The notes beneath the pieces are model-generated. The model did no database searches. It was given only the letters and a program-made list of their open reading frames with translations, and was not told where the DNA came from. Of a stretch of DNA of 64,000 nucleotides, positions 9,783 through 18,671 are shown one piece after another (the first letter of the stretch is position 1; each line of letters begins with the position of its first letter). The stretch is taken from contig JBOHVS010000376.1 in assembly GCA_050735975.1 (NCBI GenBank), forward strand, positions 2,986-66,985. The letters are read 5' to 3'. Source of the DNA: Candidatus Binatia bacterium (GTDB taxonomy: Bacteria; Desulfobacterota; Binatia; UBA9968). A program made the translations under genes and the position numbers.

Positions 9783-10640
9783 ATGAATAGATCGTTTTTT
9801 GCGCATCGCGCTCTGATAGCGCTCTGTCTGTCCGTGATTACAGCCTGTGGTTTTGCGCAGGCGCAGCCGGCCACGGAATACCAACCACAGGTTGGGCAGG
9901 AGGGGAAGGACGTGATCTGGGTGCCGACCCCGCAGGCCTTGGTGGACAAGATGCTCGACCTGGCGAAAGTCACGCCGCAAGATTACGTTATTGATCTCGG
10001 CTCGGGCGATGGGCGGACGGTTATTACCGCAGCCAAGCGCGGCGCTCGCGCGCTCGGCATCGAATACAATCCGGAGATGGTCGAGCTATCGAAGCGCAAT
10101 GCTGCCAAAGAAGGCGTCGGCGACAGAGGCAGTTTTGTCAAATCCGACCTCTTTGAGAGCGATTTCTCACAGGCCACAGTCATTACGATGTTTTTATTGC
10201 CTGAGATAAATCTGAAGCTTCGCCCGAAGATCCTCGATCTCAAGCCCGGCACTCGGATTGTTTCGAATTCCTTCACGATGGGAGAATGGAAGGCGGACGA
10301 AGAAGCCACCGTCAAAAACGGTTGCGCATCCTACTGCACGGCTCTTCTGTGGATTGTGCCGGCGAAAGTGGAGGGCGCCTGGAAGGTGCCGCAAGGAGAG
10401 CTAACGCTTAAGCAAAAGTTTCAGATGCTGTCTGGAACGCTCAAATCCGGCAATGTTGCCGCGCCGATCACCAATGGCAGGCTGAACGGCGATCAGATCA
10501 GTTTCACCGCAGGCGGCGCCCAATACACCGGCCGGGTGAGCGGTAACACGATCGAGGGAACCGTGAGATCGGCGGGCATCGATAAAAATTGGACAGCCTC
10601 CCGTACAGCGAAGGCCGCTGCGACACCTTCACAGTCTTGA
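9783..10640 (+). CDS. Class I SAM-dependent methyltransferase with N-terminal signal peptide
   Basis: ATG at 9783 preceded by GGAG. Signal-like MNRSFFAHRALIALCLSVITACGFAQA. Motif I VIDLGSGDGRTVITAA. C-terminal beta-rich extension. Confidence 0.75.
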   Translation: MNRSFFAHRALIALCLSVITACGFAQAQPATEYQPQVGQEGKDVIWVPTPQALVDKMLDLAKVTPQDYVIDLGSGDGRTVITAAKRGARALGIEYNPEMVELSKRNAAKEGVGDRGSFVKSDLFESDFSQATVITMFLLPEINLKLRPKILDLKPGTRIVSNSFTMGEWKADEEATVKNGCASYCTALLWIVPAKVEGAWKVPQGELTLKQKFQMLSGTLKSGNVAAPITNGRLNGDQISFTAGGAQYTGRVSGNTIEGTVRSAGIDKNWTASRTAKAAATPSQS

Positions 10641-10706
10641 GCGAGTGCTGCAGGAATCTACTATTTGCCGTTTACCCTTCGAGACACGCCCAGGGCGAAC
10701 GGCAAA

Positions 10707-10729
10707 CGAGTCTTTTTCAGCAGCCTGCT
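10707..10729. repeat. Family R1 half-site
   Basis: CGAGTCTTTTTCAGCAGCCTGCT contains the 20-mer GAGTCTTTTTCAGCAGCCTG, identical to the right arm at 108-127. It overlaps the stop of the amidohydrolase gene. Confidence 0.75.
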
Positions 10730-11732
10730 AAAGCTTCAACAACCGTCTAGCATTCCCCTCCAACATCAACTGCTTTTCCGACTCAGGGCAGTCCAGCGCT
10801 TCGATTTTTTCGACGGCCTTCCAATCACCGAGGTTATACGGGTAGTCGGTGCCGACCATGATGTGATCCGCTCCGGCGAGCCGGCGCAGATAGTCGATGG
10901 TATCGACGCGGTAGATCATGTTGTCATAGTAGATGTTCTTCAAATAGGCGCTGGGGGGTTTCTGGGCCTGGGGCGCGCGGGCGCCGGCACGCACCTGGAA
11001 TCCCTGATCGAAGCGGCCTAAATGGTAGGGGAAAAATCCACCGCCATGCAGAACGCAGAGTTTCAGATTAGGAAAGCGATCAAAGACGCCGCTGTAGGTC
11101 ATATAGCCCAGCGAGAGGGCGCTGTCCGCCGGATTGCCGCAAATCAGCTTCAATCCGTAAGGCCCCATGCGTTCGGCCCCAGCGACGTCTTCCGGATGCA
11201 TTACAATCAACGCATCGAGTTCCTCAGCTTTTTTCCAAAACGGATCGAAGTCATGGCTATTGTAGTACTGACCGTTGACGTTTGAACCGATGTAACCACC
11301 GGAAAGCTTTAACTCGCGTACGGCCTGCTCCAGGACTTTGGCGGCTCGCGGCGGATCTTGCAAGGGAACAGCGGCGATTCCCACGAACCGGTCAGGATGC
11401 TTCTTGATCAGCTCCTTGATCCCTTCGTTGTACAGCCGGCACCAGTTCTCGCCTTGCTCGCCGGTCAGTTGATATCCGAGGGTAGCTGTATGCGATTCCA
11501 GCGCGGCGACGGCGAGTTTAGACTCTTGCATCATTGCCAGGCGGGCCTCGACGGCGGCCAGGTTTGGATGCAAGACAAACTGCGGCGCTCCCGCGAACGA
11601 GAGCGCCTTCTCGCCGTCTTTGGTTTCTGAAAGCTCAACGCCCAGGCTTCGGCCGTGACGCTTGGCTTCTTCCAGAAGACTCGACGGGACATAGTGGTGA
11701 TGAATATCGATGGCGGAAATTGACATGGACAT
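10728..11732 (-). CDS. Amidohydrolase_2 family protein (ACMSD/LigW/LigJ-type, COG2159)
   Basis: N-terminal IDIHHHYVP, then HGGGFFPY and VGTDYPY motifs. SD GGAAGGA upstream. Confidence 0.85.
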   Translation of the reverse strand: MSMSISAIDIHHHYVPSSLLEEAKRHGRSLGVELSETKDGEKALSFAGAPQFVLHPNLAAVEARLAMMQESKLAVAALESHTATLGYQLTGEQGENWCRLYNEGIKELIKKHPDRFVGIAAVPLQDPPRAAKVLEQAVRELKLSGGYIGSNVNGQYYNSHDFDPFWKKAEELDALIVMHPEDVAGAERMGPYGLKLICGNPADSALSLGYMTYSGVFDRFPNLKLCVLHGGGFFPYHLGRFDQGFQVRAGARAPQAQKPPSAYLKNIYYDNMIYRVDTIDYLRRLAGADHIMVGTDYPYNLGDWKAVEKIEALDCPESEKQLMLEGNARRLLKL

Positions 11733-11799
11733 TTTGATCCTTCCAAATGATGCGGTAATGATTATCCCGCGGGAGCGACTTTGTCTGAACCAGAGAATA

Positions 11800-11862
11800 G
11801 ATTCTTCGCTCCGCTCAGAATGACATTTGCGAGCGATGTCATCCTGAACGAAGTGAACGATC
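11800..11862. repeat. Family R8, two units in inverted orientation
   Basis: GATTCTTCGCTCCGCTCAGAATGACA / TGTCATCCTGAACGAAGTGAACGATC. Confidence 0.75.
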
Positions 11863-11886
11863 TAAAGTATTTTAACTCACCAGGAT

Positions 11887-13560
11887 CTAGTTCGTCTTGC
11901 AGATTTGTTGCCGCCGGACTTTGCCGGGAAAAACGTCATTGCAATGGCCGTCCTCTACGACCGTCCGGCCATTGACGATCACGGCCTTCATTCCGGGCGG
12001 ATGTCGCTGCACTTCCTGCGCATCGATGATTTCAGGCAGCTTTTTGCTGACCAGGTCATCGATCTTGTCGGCGTCAAATACAGTAATATCGGCCGGCATT
12101 CCTTCTTTCAGGACGCCGCGGTTCAGCCGGAGTTTCTGCGCCGGGAATCCGGTCAATTTCCAGACCGCTTGTTCGAGGCCGAACAGATTCTTTTCACGCC
12201 GCCAATATCCTAGCACTTTCGTCGGTGCGCCGTGCCAGAAGAAGCGATCCAGATGCGCGCCGACGTCAGTGCCGATCAGGCTCGTGTCGGACTTGATCAT
12301 TTCCGCCAGAAGTTCCATGTGGGCGTTCGCCAGGCCGTAATAGACACCGCGAGAACGGAGGTTGTCTTCGAGCCAGGTATCGAAGAAGGCGTCGACCGGC
12401 GGCTTCTCGGTGATGCGCGCGATTTCTTGGGCGTTCTTGAGCTCGAGCCTTTTCAGCCCGGGGTTTTCAATGTGCTCGAAGACGACCCGGTCCCAACCGT
12501 GCCATTCGACGAATTCCGGTTTCCCCGCTGCCGCCATGCGCTCTTGCTCCAATTTTCTTCTAATATCTTTGTTCTCAAGCTGGGCCCGAAGGTCGCTTGA
12601 ACCCTTGATTGCCTCCCAGGTCGGCAGGCCGTTCAGGAAGAAGCAATCGTCGATCGTAAAGCGGCGAATGTGCTGGTACGGGATCACCACGCCATAGATG
12701 TCTTGGCCGCGCTTTTGGGCTTCCGCCATATAAGTCATCGCCTTTGGGCCGTCGGATTTTTCTCCCGGTCGGACGCGGAACTCATTGCCGATTTGCGTCG
12801 CGTGAATCCTTTCGAGCATCGCCGGTACGCCGGTTTCCGGCTTGAGTATCATGCTGAATCCGTTGAACTGAAAGCAGCCGTTGAAGTCGCTTGCCACGTT
12901 TGCCAACTCAACGATTTCGTCGTGTGAAGCGAAGGTGCTGGGGGTTCCGGCGTGGATAGCGGGGCCGCCGCGCGGGCTCGTGGAGAAGCCGATGGCGCCC
13001 AACTCCATTCCTTCACGCACCATTTTTTTCATCGCGTCGAGTTCTTCAGGGTTCGCTTCTCTGGCATAGGCAGCTTCGCCCATGACCGTCAGTCGCACAG
13101 GAGAATGAGGCATCAAAGGGGCGACGTTCACGGCGATTTTACCTTCAATATAGTTCAGGTATTCACCATAGGTATTCCATCTCCAATCCTTGTCATCGAC
13201 GTATTTGTCCAACACGCGCCGTAGATAATTAACCAGAACCTGGCGCGGCTCGGTTTTCTGCGGCACCGGCGCGCAAGAGGCTCCGCAGTCGCCGATCACG
13301 ATGGTTGTCACCCCGTAGTTCACGACAGGGTTGCCATGCGGGTACTGCACGACGAAAGCATCCATGTGGGTATGGGAGTCGATGAAGCCCGGCGCGACCA
13401 CGTGTCCTTTGGCGTCTATCTCTTTTTTCCCAGCGCCGACGTTCTTACCGATAGCTGTGATCTTTTCATCTTCGACGGCGACATCGGCTTCGAATCCGGC
13501 GCTTCCAGTGCCGTCCACCACCAGTCCGTTTCGGATCACCAAGTCATGAGCCATAATCAC
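11887..13560 (-). CDS. N-acyl-D-amino-acid deacylase (D-aminoacylase) family amidohydrolase
   Basis: DLVIRNGLVVDGTG ... VAPGFIDSHTHMD, plus a C-terminal GMPADITVFD motif. SD AAGGAGG upstream. Confidence 0.85.
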   Translation of the reverse strand: MIMAHDLVIRNGLVVDGTGSAGFEADVAVEDEKITAIGKNVGAGKKEIDAKGHVVAPGFIDSHTHMDAFVVQYPHGNPVVNYGVTTIVIGDCGASCAPVPQKTEPRQVLVNYLRRVLDKYVDDKDWRWNTYGEYLNYIEGKIAVNVAPLMPHSPVRLTVMGEAAYAREANPEELDAMKKMVREGMELGAIGFSTSPRGGPAIHAGTPSTFASHDEIVELANVASDFNGCFQFNGFSMILKPETGVPAMLERIHATQIGNEFRVRPGEKSDGPKAMTYMAEAQKRGQDIYGVVIPYQHIRRFTIDDCFFLNGLPTWEAIKGSSDLRAQLENKDIRRKLEQERMAAAGKPEFVEWHGWDRVVFEHIENPGLKRLELKNAQEIARITEKPPVDAFFDTWLEDNLRSRGVYYGLANAHMELLAEMIKSDTSLIGTDVGAHLDRFFWHGAPTKVLGYWRREKNLFGLEQAVWKLTGFPAQKLRLNRGVLKEGMPADITVFDADKIDDLVSKKLPEIIDAQEVQRHPPGMKAVIVNGRTVVEDGHCNDVFPGKVRRQQICKTN

Positions 13561-13678
13561 GGAACCTCCTTCTTGAGATAATTCGCTTATCCCACCTAAC
13601 TCGGGCGGCTGTCAACCGTACTCAAGCCGCTGAAAAAAGGCCCATCTGCTTCGTGTCGGTCACGAAGTTCTGATTCAT

Positions 13679-13787
13679 CGCGCCAAGACGCCAAGCCCGG
13701 CAATAGACCTTATCTTCGACCCACTCTCAACCAGCCTTAACCTCAACCTGCTTTATCCCTTAGCGTCCTTTGCCCCTTTGCGCGAGA
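13679..13787. repeat. Family R6 enclosing an R10 module
   Basis: CGCCAAGACGCCAAG ... CCTTAACCTCAACC ... GCGTCCTTTGCCCCTTTGCGCG. Confidence 0.75.
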
Positions 13788-13918
13788 TAAAGTTTGTCGG
13801 ATGCTTTTTCATCCGGCCAGGACGCAGAAGGACGGTTAGGCTTTTTAGACCAAGGACTTTGCAGTAGTTATCGACGCTGGAACCTTTTAATTCTTGCGAG
13901 ACTTCAACTCTCCTCCGA

Positions 13919-13957
13919 AAGCAAAAAGCCCGGCTGGATGGGGACCCAGTCCGGGCT
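13919..13957 (-). terminator. Rho-independent terminator candidate downstream of tctA
   Basis: On the minus strand: stem AGCCCGGACTGGG / CCAGCCGGGCT (one bulge), 7-nt loop, followed directly by TTTTTGCTTT. Confidence 0.55.
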
Positions 13958-14062
13958 ATGATAGTTAACCGAGGTTTTAGCCGTATCCGGCAAAACGCGT
14001 TGACTATGGATCATGAAAACGCATGCAGCTGTATCCCGTGTTCTGTGCGCCGGCCGCCAAAA

Positions 14063-15562
14063 CTACATCGCGTCTCCGGGCCGCTCGTATTGCGTCTTGC
14101 CCATGCGCTCTTTGATTGTCGGATAGGCGATAGTGAAGATGGTGATGGCGATGAGAATCACCACGCTTGGAAACATCAGCCACTTGGCGCCATAGGCCGC
14201 AGTGGAGATCCAAAGATAGTTCTCCGCGATTTTGCCGAGGGTCAGTCCAAGGATCAGGGGCGGCCGCGGCCAGCCGAAAGAAACCATGAAATAACCAATC
14301 ACGCCGAAAAGGAGCATCACCACCATATCTTCGATTGCGTTATTTGCGGTAAACGAACCGATAAATATTAGAAACAACAAAAACGGGATCAGCAGCGAGC
14401 CGCGAATAAAGGTGAGAGCCGCAAGATGATTCAGGATTAGGAAGCAGACCGCCGCGACGATGAGATTCGCGATGATGAGCACCCAGACCATCGAGAAAGT
14501 CACATCGAGGTGGGTCTTGAGCATTTCCGGTCCGGGATTCAAGCCGACAATGAGAAGGGCGCCAAGCAGTAGTGCCATAGACCCGCTGCCGGGAATACCG
14601 AACGCGACCGTAGGAATGAGGTCCCCGCCGCGGGTTGAGTTGTTGGCCGCGCCTGGACCAAGCACTCCCTCGATGACACCTTTGCCTGCCAGGGATTTGT
14701 CCTTGAGGCCTTGCACTGCATGAGCATACGAGATCCATTGGGCAACGCTAGCGCCTAATACCGGTAAGATTCCGAAGTAAACCCCGATAAGGCTACAGCG
14801 AACTACCAGCCAGAAATTGCGAAAGGCGTCCTTGACCCCCTCCATAACGCCGGTGAGTTTTTGATGCTTGTTGCTGGCGATGCTCGTGCCTCGAACAGCG
14901 AGATCGACGATTTCAGGAACGGCGAATAGGCCGACAACGACAGGCACGAGATCAAGTCGATCCCAAAGATAAAGAGTTCCGAACGTGTAACGTAAGGATC
15001 CGGTCTGCGGATCCACTCCGATGGCGGCAAGCATCAAACCAATGCCGCCGGCCAGCAGCCCTTTGATCAAGGAAGCTCCAGCCAGGGTGCCTATAAAAGT
15101 GATACCCATGATCGCGATAATAAACAGTTCCGGGGAGCCGAAGAGTAGAACCAGGGGACGCATGATCGGGATCGAAATGGCTAGGGACACAGCGCCGACG
15201 AGAGCGCCGATAACCGAACTCGTAATCGCGGCGCCCAGCGCCCGTCCTGCTTCGCCGTTTTTCGACATCGGATAGCCGTCGAGTATCATAGCCGCCGCAG
15301 AGCCCTCGCCGGGGATGCCGAACAGAATTGAGGTCAGGTCTCCAGTAGTGCCCGTTACGGCAAGCATGCCGAGCAAGAACGCAAAAGCTTCTATCGGGGT
15401 CTTAATCGTGTAAGAGAATGGCAGCATCAACGCCAGGGTGGCTAGCCCGCCTAGCCCCGGAAGGAGACCCACAAAGAAGCCAATCGCTATTCCTATCAGC
15501 AAGTAGCCGAAGGCCGGCCAGGCGACAACTTGCCAAAATCCTGAAACAAATGCCTCTAGCAT
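14063..15562 (-). CDS. tctA: Tripartite tricarboxylate transporter large permease TctA
   Basis: 499 aa polytopic protein with an N-terminus and Gly-rich TM pattern typical of the TctA family. Confidence 0.9.
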   Translation of the reverse strand: MLEAFVSGFWQVVAWPAFGYLLIGIAIGFFVGLLPGLGGLATLALMLPFSYTIKTPIEAFAFLLGMLAVTGTTGDLTSILFGIPGEGSAAAMILDGYPMSKNGEAGRALGAAITSSVIGALVGAVSLAISIPIMRPLVLLFGSPELFIIAIMGITFIGTLAGASLIKGLLAGGIGLMLAAIGVDPQTGSLRYTFGTLYLWDRLDLVPVVVGLFAVPEIVDLAVRGTSIASNKHQKLTGVMEGVKDAFRNFWLVVRCSLIGVYFGILPVLGASVAQWISYAHAVQGLKDKSLAGKGVIEGVLGPGAANNSTRGGDLIPTVAFGIPGSGSMALLLGALLIVGLNPGPEMLKTHLDVTFSMVWVLIIANLIVAAVCFLILNHLAALTFIRGSLLIPFLLFLIFIGSFTANNAIEDMVVMLLFGVIGYFMVSFGWPRPPLILGLTLGKIAENYLWISTAAYGAKWLMFPSVVILIAITIFTIAYPTIKERMGKTQYERPGDAM

Positions 15563-15750
15563 GTAGCTCTCCTAATGAAAGTCAGCCAACTCGGACGATG
15601 CTCCTTACCCTATCTTTCAGTCGTCGTCAACAAGTTTATTAGATTAGTTGGCGCGGAGTTATTTCTCCAAAGCCCATTTCATTTTTTCGATCACTTCCCA
15701 TGGAAAGTTGGCCTGAGCGTGGGAGAGCGCCCGTACAGCATCGGCATCGG

Positions 15751-16236
15751 TTAAGCTCCAAGCCAGGTAAAGACCACTCCTTCTGGAAACGGGAGATTGA
15801 GCAGCCTTACGAACAGCCCGTAGAATGCGAGCCAAGCGAAAACTGTCAGACCCAAGGAAATTCCCCAGCCTTCCCGCGACTGGATTTTAAGGTATGAGAA
15901 GACGAGCAAAGGGATTGTAATAGAGAATCCCAGCAGCCAAATGCCGATAAAAAAGCCAAAGATCCAAGAGAATATGTTAATCGCGCGGCGCCGGGCCGTA
16001 ACCGGGTCGACTCCCTTGGTGAACTGGAAGTCCATGGGCGTGGCGCCGGAAGGCTCTTTCCTTACGAACCCCTTCAAGTCAAGGACGACTTGGACAAAAG
16101 CCAAGATCACCATCGGAATTCCAATGGCCCAGGGATAGAGTCGCGCCTGCGGTCTCCATTCCATTGACATGTAGACCCACACGATGAAAAAAACCAACCA
16201 AACAAGGCTGAAAATGGCTCGCGGTCTCAGCTTCAA
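15751..16236 (-). CDS. tctB: Tripartite tricarboxylate transporter small permease TctB
   Basis: 161 aa with 4 TM segments, upstream of tctA on the same strand. TTG start with SD AGGAGGA 5 nt upstream. Confidence 0.7.
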   Translation of the reverse strand: MKLRPRAIFSLVWLVFFIVWVYMSMEWRPQARLYPWAIGIPMVILAFVQVVLDLKGFVRKEPSGATPMDFQFTKGVDPVTARRRAINIFSWIFGFFIGIWLLGFSITIPLLVFSYLKIQSREGWGISLGLTVFAWLAFYGLFVRLLNLPFPEGVVFTWLGA

Positions 16237-16248
16237 ATTAATATCCTC

Positions 16249-17274
16249 CTAATCGTTCCAGCCGTAGAGTTTCATCGCATTGGTGCGTATTATCTTGTCT
16301 TTTTGCGGGTCGGTGATGTCCTTTCTACCCGTCATCGTCGATACCATGTAAGGGAAACTGCCGTCCCAGTGCGGATAGTCCGAGGCGAACAAGATGACAT
16401 CGTCGCGGATTTTTTCCAATACGTAGGGCAGGGTAGCTTCTTCCGGCTCGGTTGCGTAAAACCAGTTGCCGGCGGTCATATACTCGCTCGGTTTCTTTTT
16501 CAAAAGCGGCGCCTCGGATTGCCGCTTTTCCCATTCCTCATCCATGCGGTCCATCCAGTAGGGAACCCAGCCGCAGCCGCATTCCAAAAAGGCGATTCTC
16601 AACTTGGGAAATTTTTCCGGCACGCCCCCGTACATCAACGCGGCACAATCGAGCAGTGTCTCAAAGGGCCTGCCGATCGTGTGGCGGAATAGAAAAGTAT
16701 CGAAACGGATCTCACCGGCCGGTCCTTGGCGCGAATTGTGAATCAGTAGCGGCGCATTGAGTTTCTGCAGCTCTTCATAAATAGGCCAGTATATCGGTTG
16801 GCCGATGTGTTCCTTCATACCAAACGTGCCGACGGTGATCCCTGAGAGGCCGAGCTTGGCGATGGCGCGATGGGTCTCCTTGCAGGCGGCATCGACATCC
16901 TGGAACGGCACCAGGCCGACGGCTTTTAGCCGCGGGCTTTCCGCGCAAATGCTCGCTACCCAGTCGTTGTACGCCCGGCAAAACGCCGCCGCATAATCTT
17001 TCTCGGGCAGCATCGTCACTCCAAAGCCGCCGGTCGGGAAGAGGACCGAAATGTCGATCCTCTCAGTATCCATATCGCGAAGACGAGTTGGCACGTCGGT
17101 GATATTCATGCCAAGCTTGCCGTACATGCTCGAATCCCAAACGTCGTTGGGGAGAAGCGAGCCTTGCCTCCGGCAATAGGGCTCTTCCATAAATTTGCGG
17201 ATGTCCGCGTCGCGATCCCTTACATGGCCGTCGGCGTCGATAACCTTCACGTTTTCTAAATTAGGACTTGACAT
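16249..17274 (-). CDS. Amidohydrolase_2 family protein (COG2159)
   Basis: VIDADGHV, ECGCGWVPYW and FASDYPHWDG motifs. ATG at 17272-17274 with SD GAAGGAGGA. The longer ORF start at 17328 was rejected. Confidence 0.85.
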   Translation of the reverse strand: MSSPNLENVKVIDADGHVRDRDADIRKFMEEPYCRRQGSLLPNDVWDSSMYGKLGMNITDVPTRLRDMDTERIDISVLFPTGGFGVTMLPEKDYAAAFCRAYNDWVASICAESPRLKAVGLVPFQDVDAACKETHRAIAKLGLSGITVGTFGMKEHIGQPIYWPIYEELQKLNAPLLIHNSRQGPAGEIRFDTFLFRHTIGRPFETLLDCAALMYGGVPEKFPKLRIAFLECGCGWVPYWMDRMDEEWEKRQSEAPLLKKKPSEYMTAGNWFYATEPEEATLPYVLEKIRDDVILFASDYPHWDGSFPYMVSTMTGRKDITDPQKDKIIRTNAMKLYGWND

Positions 17275-17324
17275 AGCTGTTCCTCCTTCAAGCAAGATAT
17301 TGGAGTGCTGGAGTGTTGGGCATC

Positions 17325-18374
17325 TCACGCTGCGAAACGCACCTGTGCCGGATTGAGCGCGCCGTGCTTGGCTTTGTTCGCTGTAATCTCCAACGATTCG
17401 GGAATCTTCTCCATCCCTTCGAGCTTATGGGTGATCATCGGATCTATGCTGATTCGTTTTTGCGCGATCAAACGGGCGGCAAGGACCATTTGTTTAGGGG
17501 TCGCCAATTCCGGCGGAAACATATAGGTGACCTTCTTGGCTCGCAGATAATTGAAATCGAGGGTCACCGGCTCGTGAAAGTGAGGGATGCTCAGGATCTT
17601 TCCACCTGGCGCCACGCAAGCGACGGCGTCGGTAACGGTGGACCCGCCGGAGAGTCCCATCTTCGGGCTGCCGCTGGCGGCTTCGATGACAAATGGCGCG
17701 CCTTTGCCGTCCGTGATCTCCATCACTCGCTCGACGACGTTCTCCTTCGATGCGTTGATGGTGATATCGGTTCCAAGTTTGCGGGCCATTTCCAGGATGT
17801 CGTCTCTGCGATCTACGCCGATTATGGTGTCGGCGCCTGCGGCTTTGGCCGCCTGCGCGCAGTTGAGCCCCATGACGCCTTGTCCCAAGACGAGTGCCAC
17901 GTCACCCAACGTGATCCCGAGCGCCTGCACGTTGAAAATGCAGCTGGTGAGCGGCTGGATCGCCGCGACTTCCCAATCACTGACGCTTTCCGGCATTTTT
18001 GCGAGCGCATCCAATGGCACCGCGGCGCATTCCGAAAAGCAGCCGGGAAAGTCTCTGCCAATCGTTCCAACATGCGTATGGGTGGCGCCGACCCGATCGC
18101 CCACACGCAAGCCGTACTCGTTCTTTTCGTCGACATCCACGATCTCGGCGCAGAACTCATGTCCGAACAGTTGATGCGGTCCTTTAGCCAAAGCTTTTTT
18201 GACTTTATCGTAGCTGTTGGAGCGCTCGCCATAGAAGAGTTGGACTTCAGTCACCGAGGGTTGGACGACTTTTGTTTTGACGACCGCCCAGCCGGGCTTG
18301 AGATCAGGGTAAGGAACATCCTCAAGCCGCATTTCGTTGAAGGCGTGGGTCACCCAACCTCGTATGGTCTTCAT
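17325..18374 (-). CDS. Zn-dependent alcohol dehydrogenase (MDR superfamily)
   Basis: GHEFCAEIVDV (catalytic Zn region) and Rossmann motif VLGQGVMGLNCAQAAKAAGA. Confidence 0.8.
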   Translation of the reverse strand: MKTIRGWVTHAFNEMRLEDVPYPDLKPGWAVVKTKVVQPSVTEVQLFYGERSNSYDKVKKALAKGPHQLFGHEFCAEIVDVDEKNEYGLRVGDRVGATHTHVGTIGRDFPGCFSECAAVPLDALAKMPESVSDWEVAAIQPLTSCIFNVQALGITLGDVALVLGQGVMGLNCAQAAKAAGADTIIGVDRRDDILEMARKLGTDITINASKENVVERVMEITDGKGAPFVIEAASGSPKMGLSGGSTVTDAVACVAPGGKILSIPHFHEPVTLDFNYLRAKKVTYMFPPELATPKQMVLAARLIAQKRISIDPMITHKLEGMEKIPESLEITANKAKHGALNPAQVRFAA

Positions 18375-18470
18375 TAAGCGCGCTCCTTTGCCGCATCGTG
18401 CTTACCATAGTGGCAAATTGCAGGTCAACAGGCCGTTGAAAACGGCTCATCTAGCCTGCCAAGGGGGCGG

Positions 18471-18566
18471 GGAGCAAGGAGCATGGAGCAAGGAGCATGG
18501 AGTTGGGCCGGAGGTCAGACGTCAGAGTTTAGTTCAAAGTCGCTGACTTCTGATCTCTGACATCTG
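18471..18566. repeat. Family R3 (GGAGCATGGAG ... GGCCGGAGGTCAGAC)
   Basis: Contains AGTTGGGCCGGAGGTCAGAC (18501-18520), identical to 48791-48810. Internal inverted arms GGAGGTCAGACGTCAGAG / CTGACTTCTGATCTCTGAC. Confidence 0.8.
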
Positions 18567-18671
18567 CGCCATGATTTCTTACACTTGGCATCGCTCGGCC
18601 AAGCCTTTTTTTGTCGGATTGAGGTGTGATAAGAGGAACTCATAATTAGATGACCGGACAACATTAAACTG

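Noticed and set aside
15563-15750. Small ORF or gene remnant between tctB and tctA
   Set aside because: The open frame has no start codon or SD and no recognisable family. It is mentioned only in a finding.
17313-18377. 354-aa plus-strand ORF overlapping the alcohol dehydrogenase gene. Similar long shadow ORFs occur at 18891..19814, 20039..20938, 21153..21833, 33767..34570, 35757..36806, 43323..44288, 44503..45375, 46976..47707, 48048..48782, 49622..50689, 52065..53036, 54573..55280 and 61410..62201.
   Set aside because: All are antisense to ORFs with clear family motifs. They have Arg/Gly/Ser-rich low-complexity composition typical of GC-rich antisense frames, and none shows a recognisable domain.
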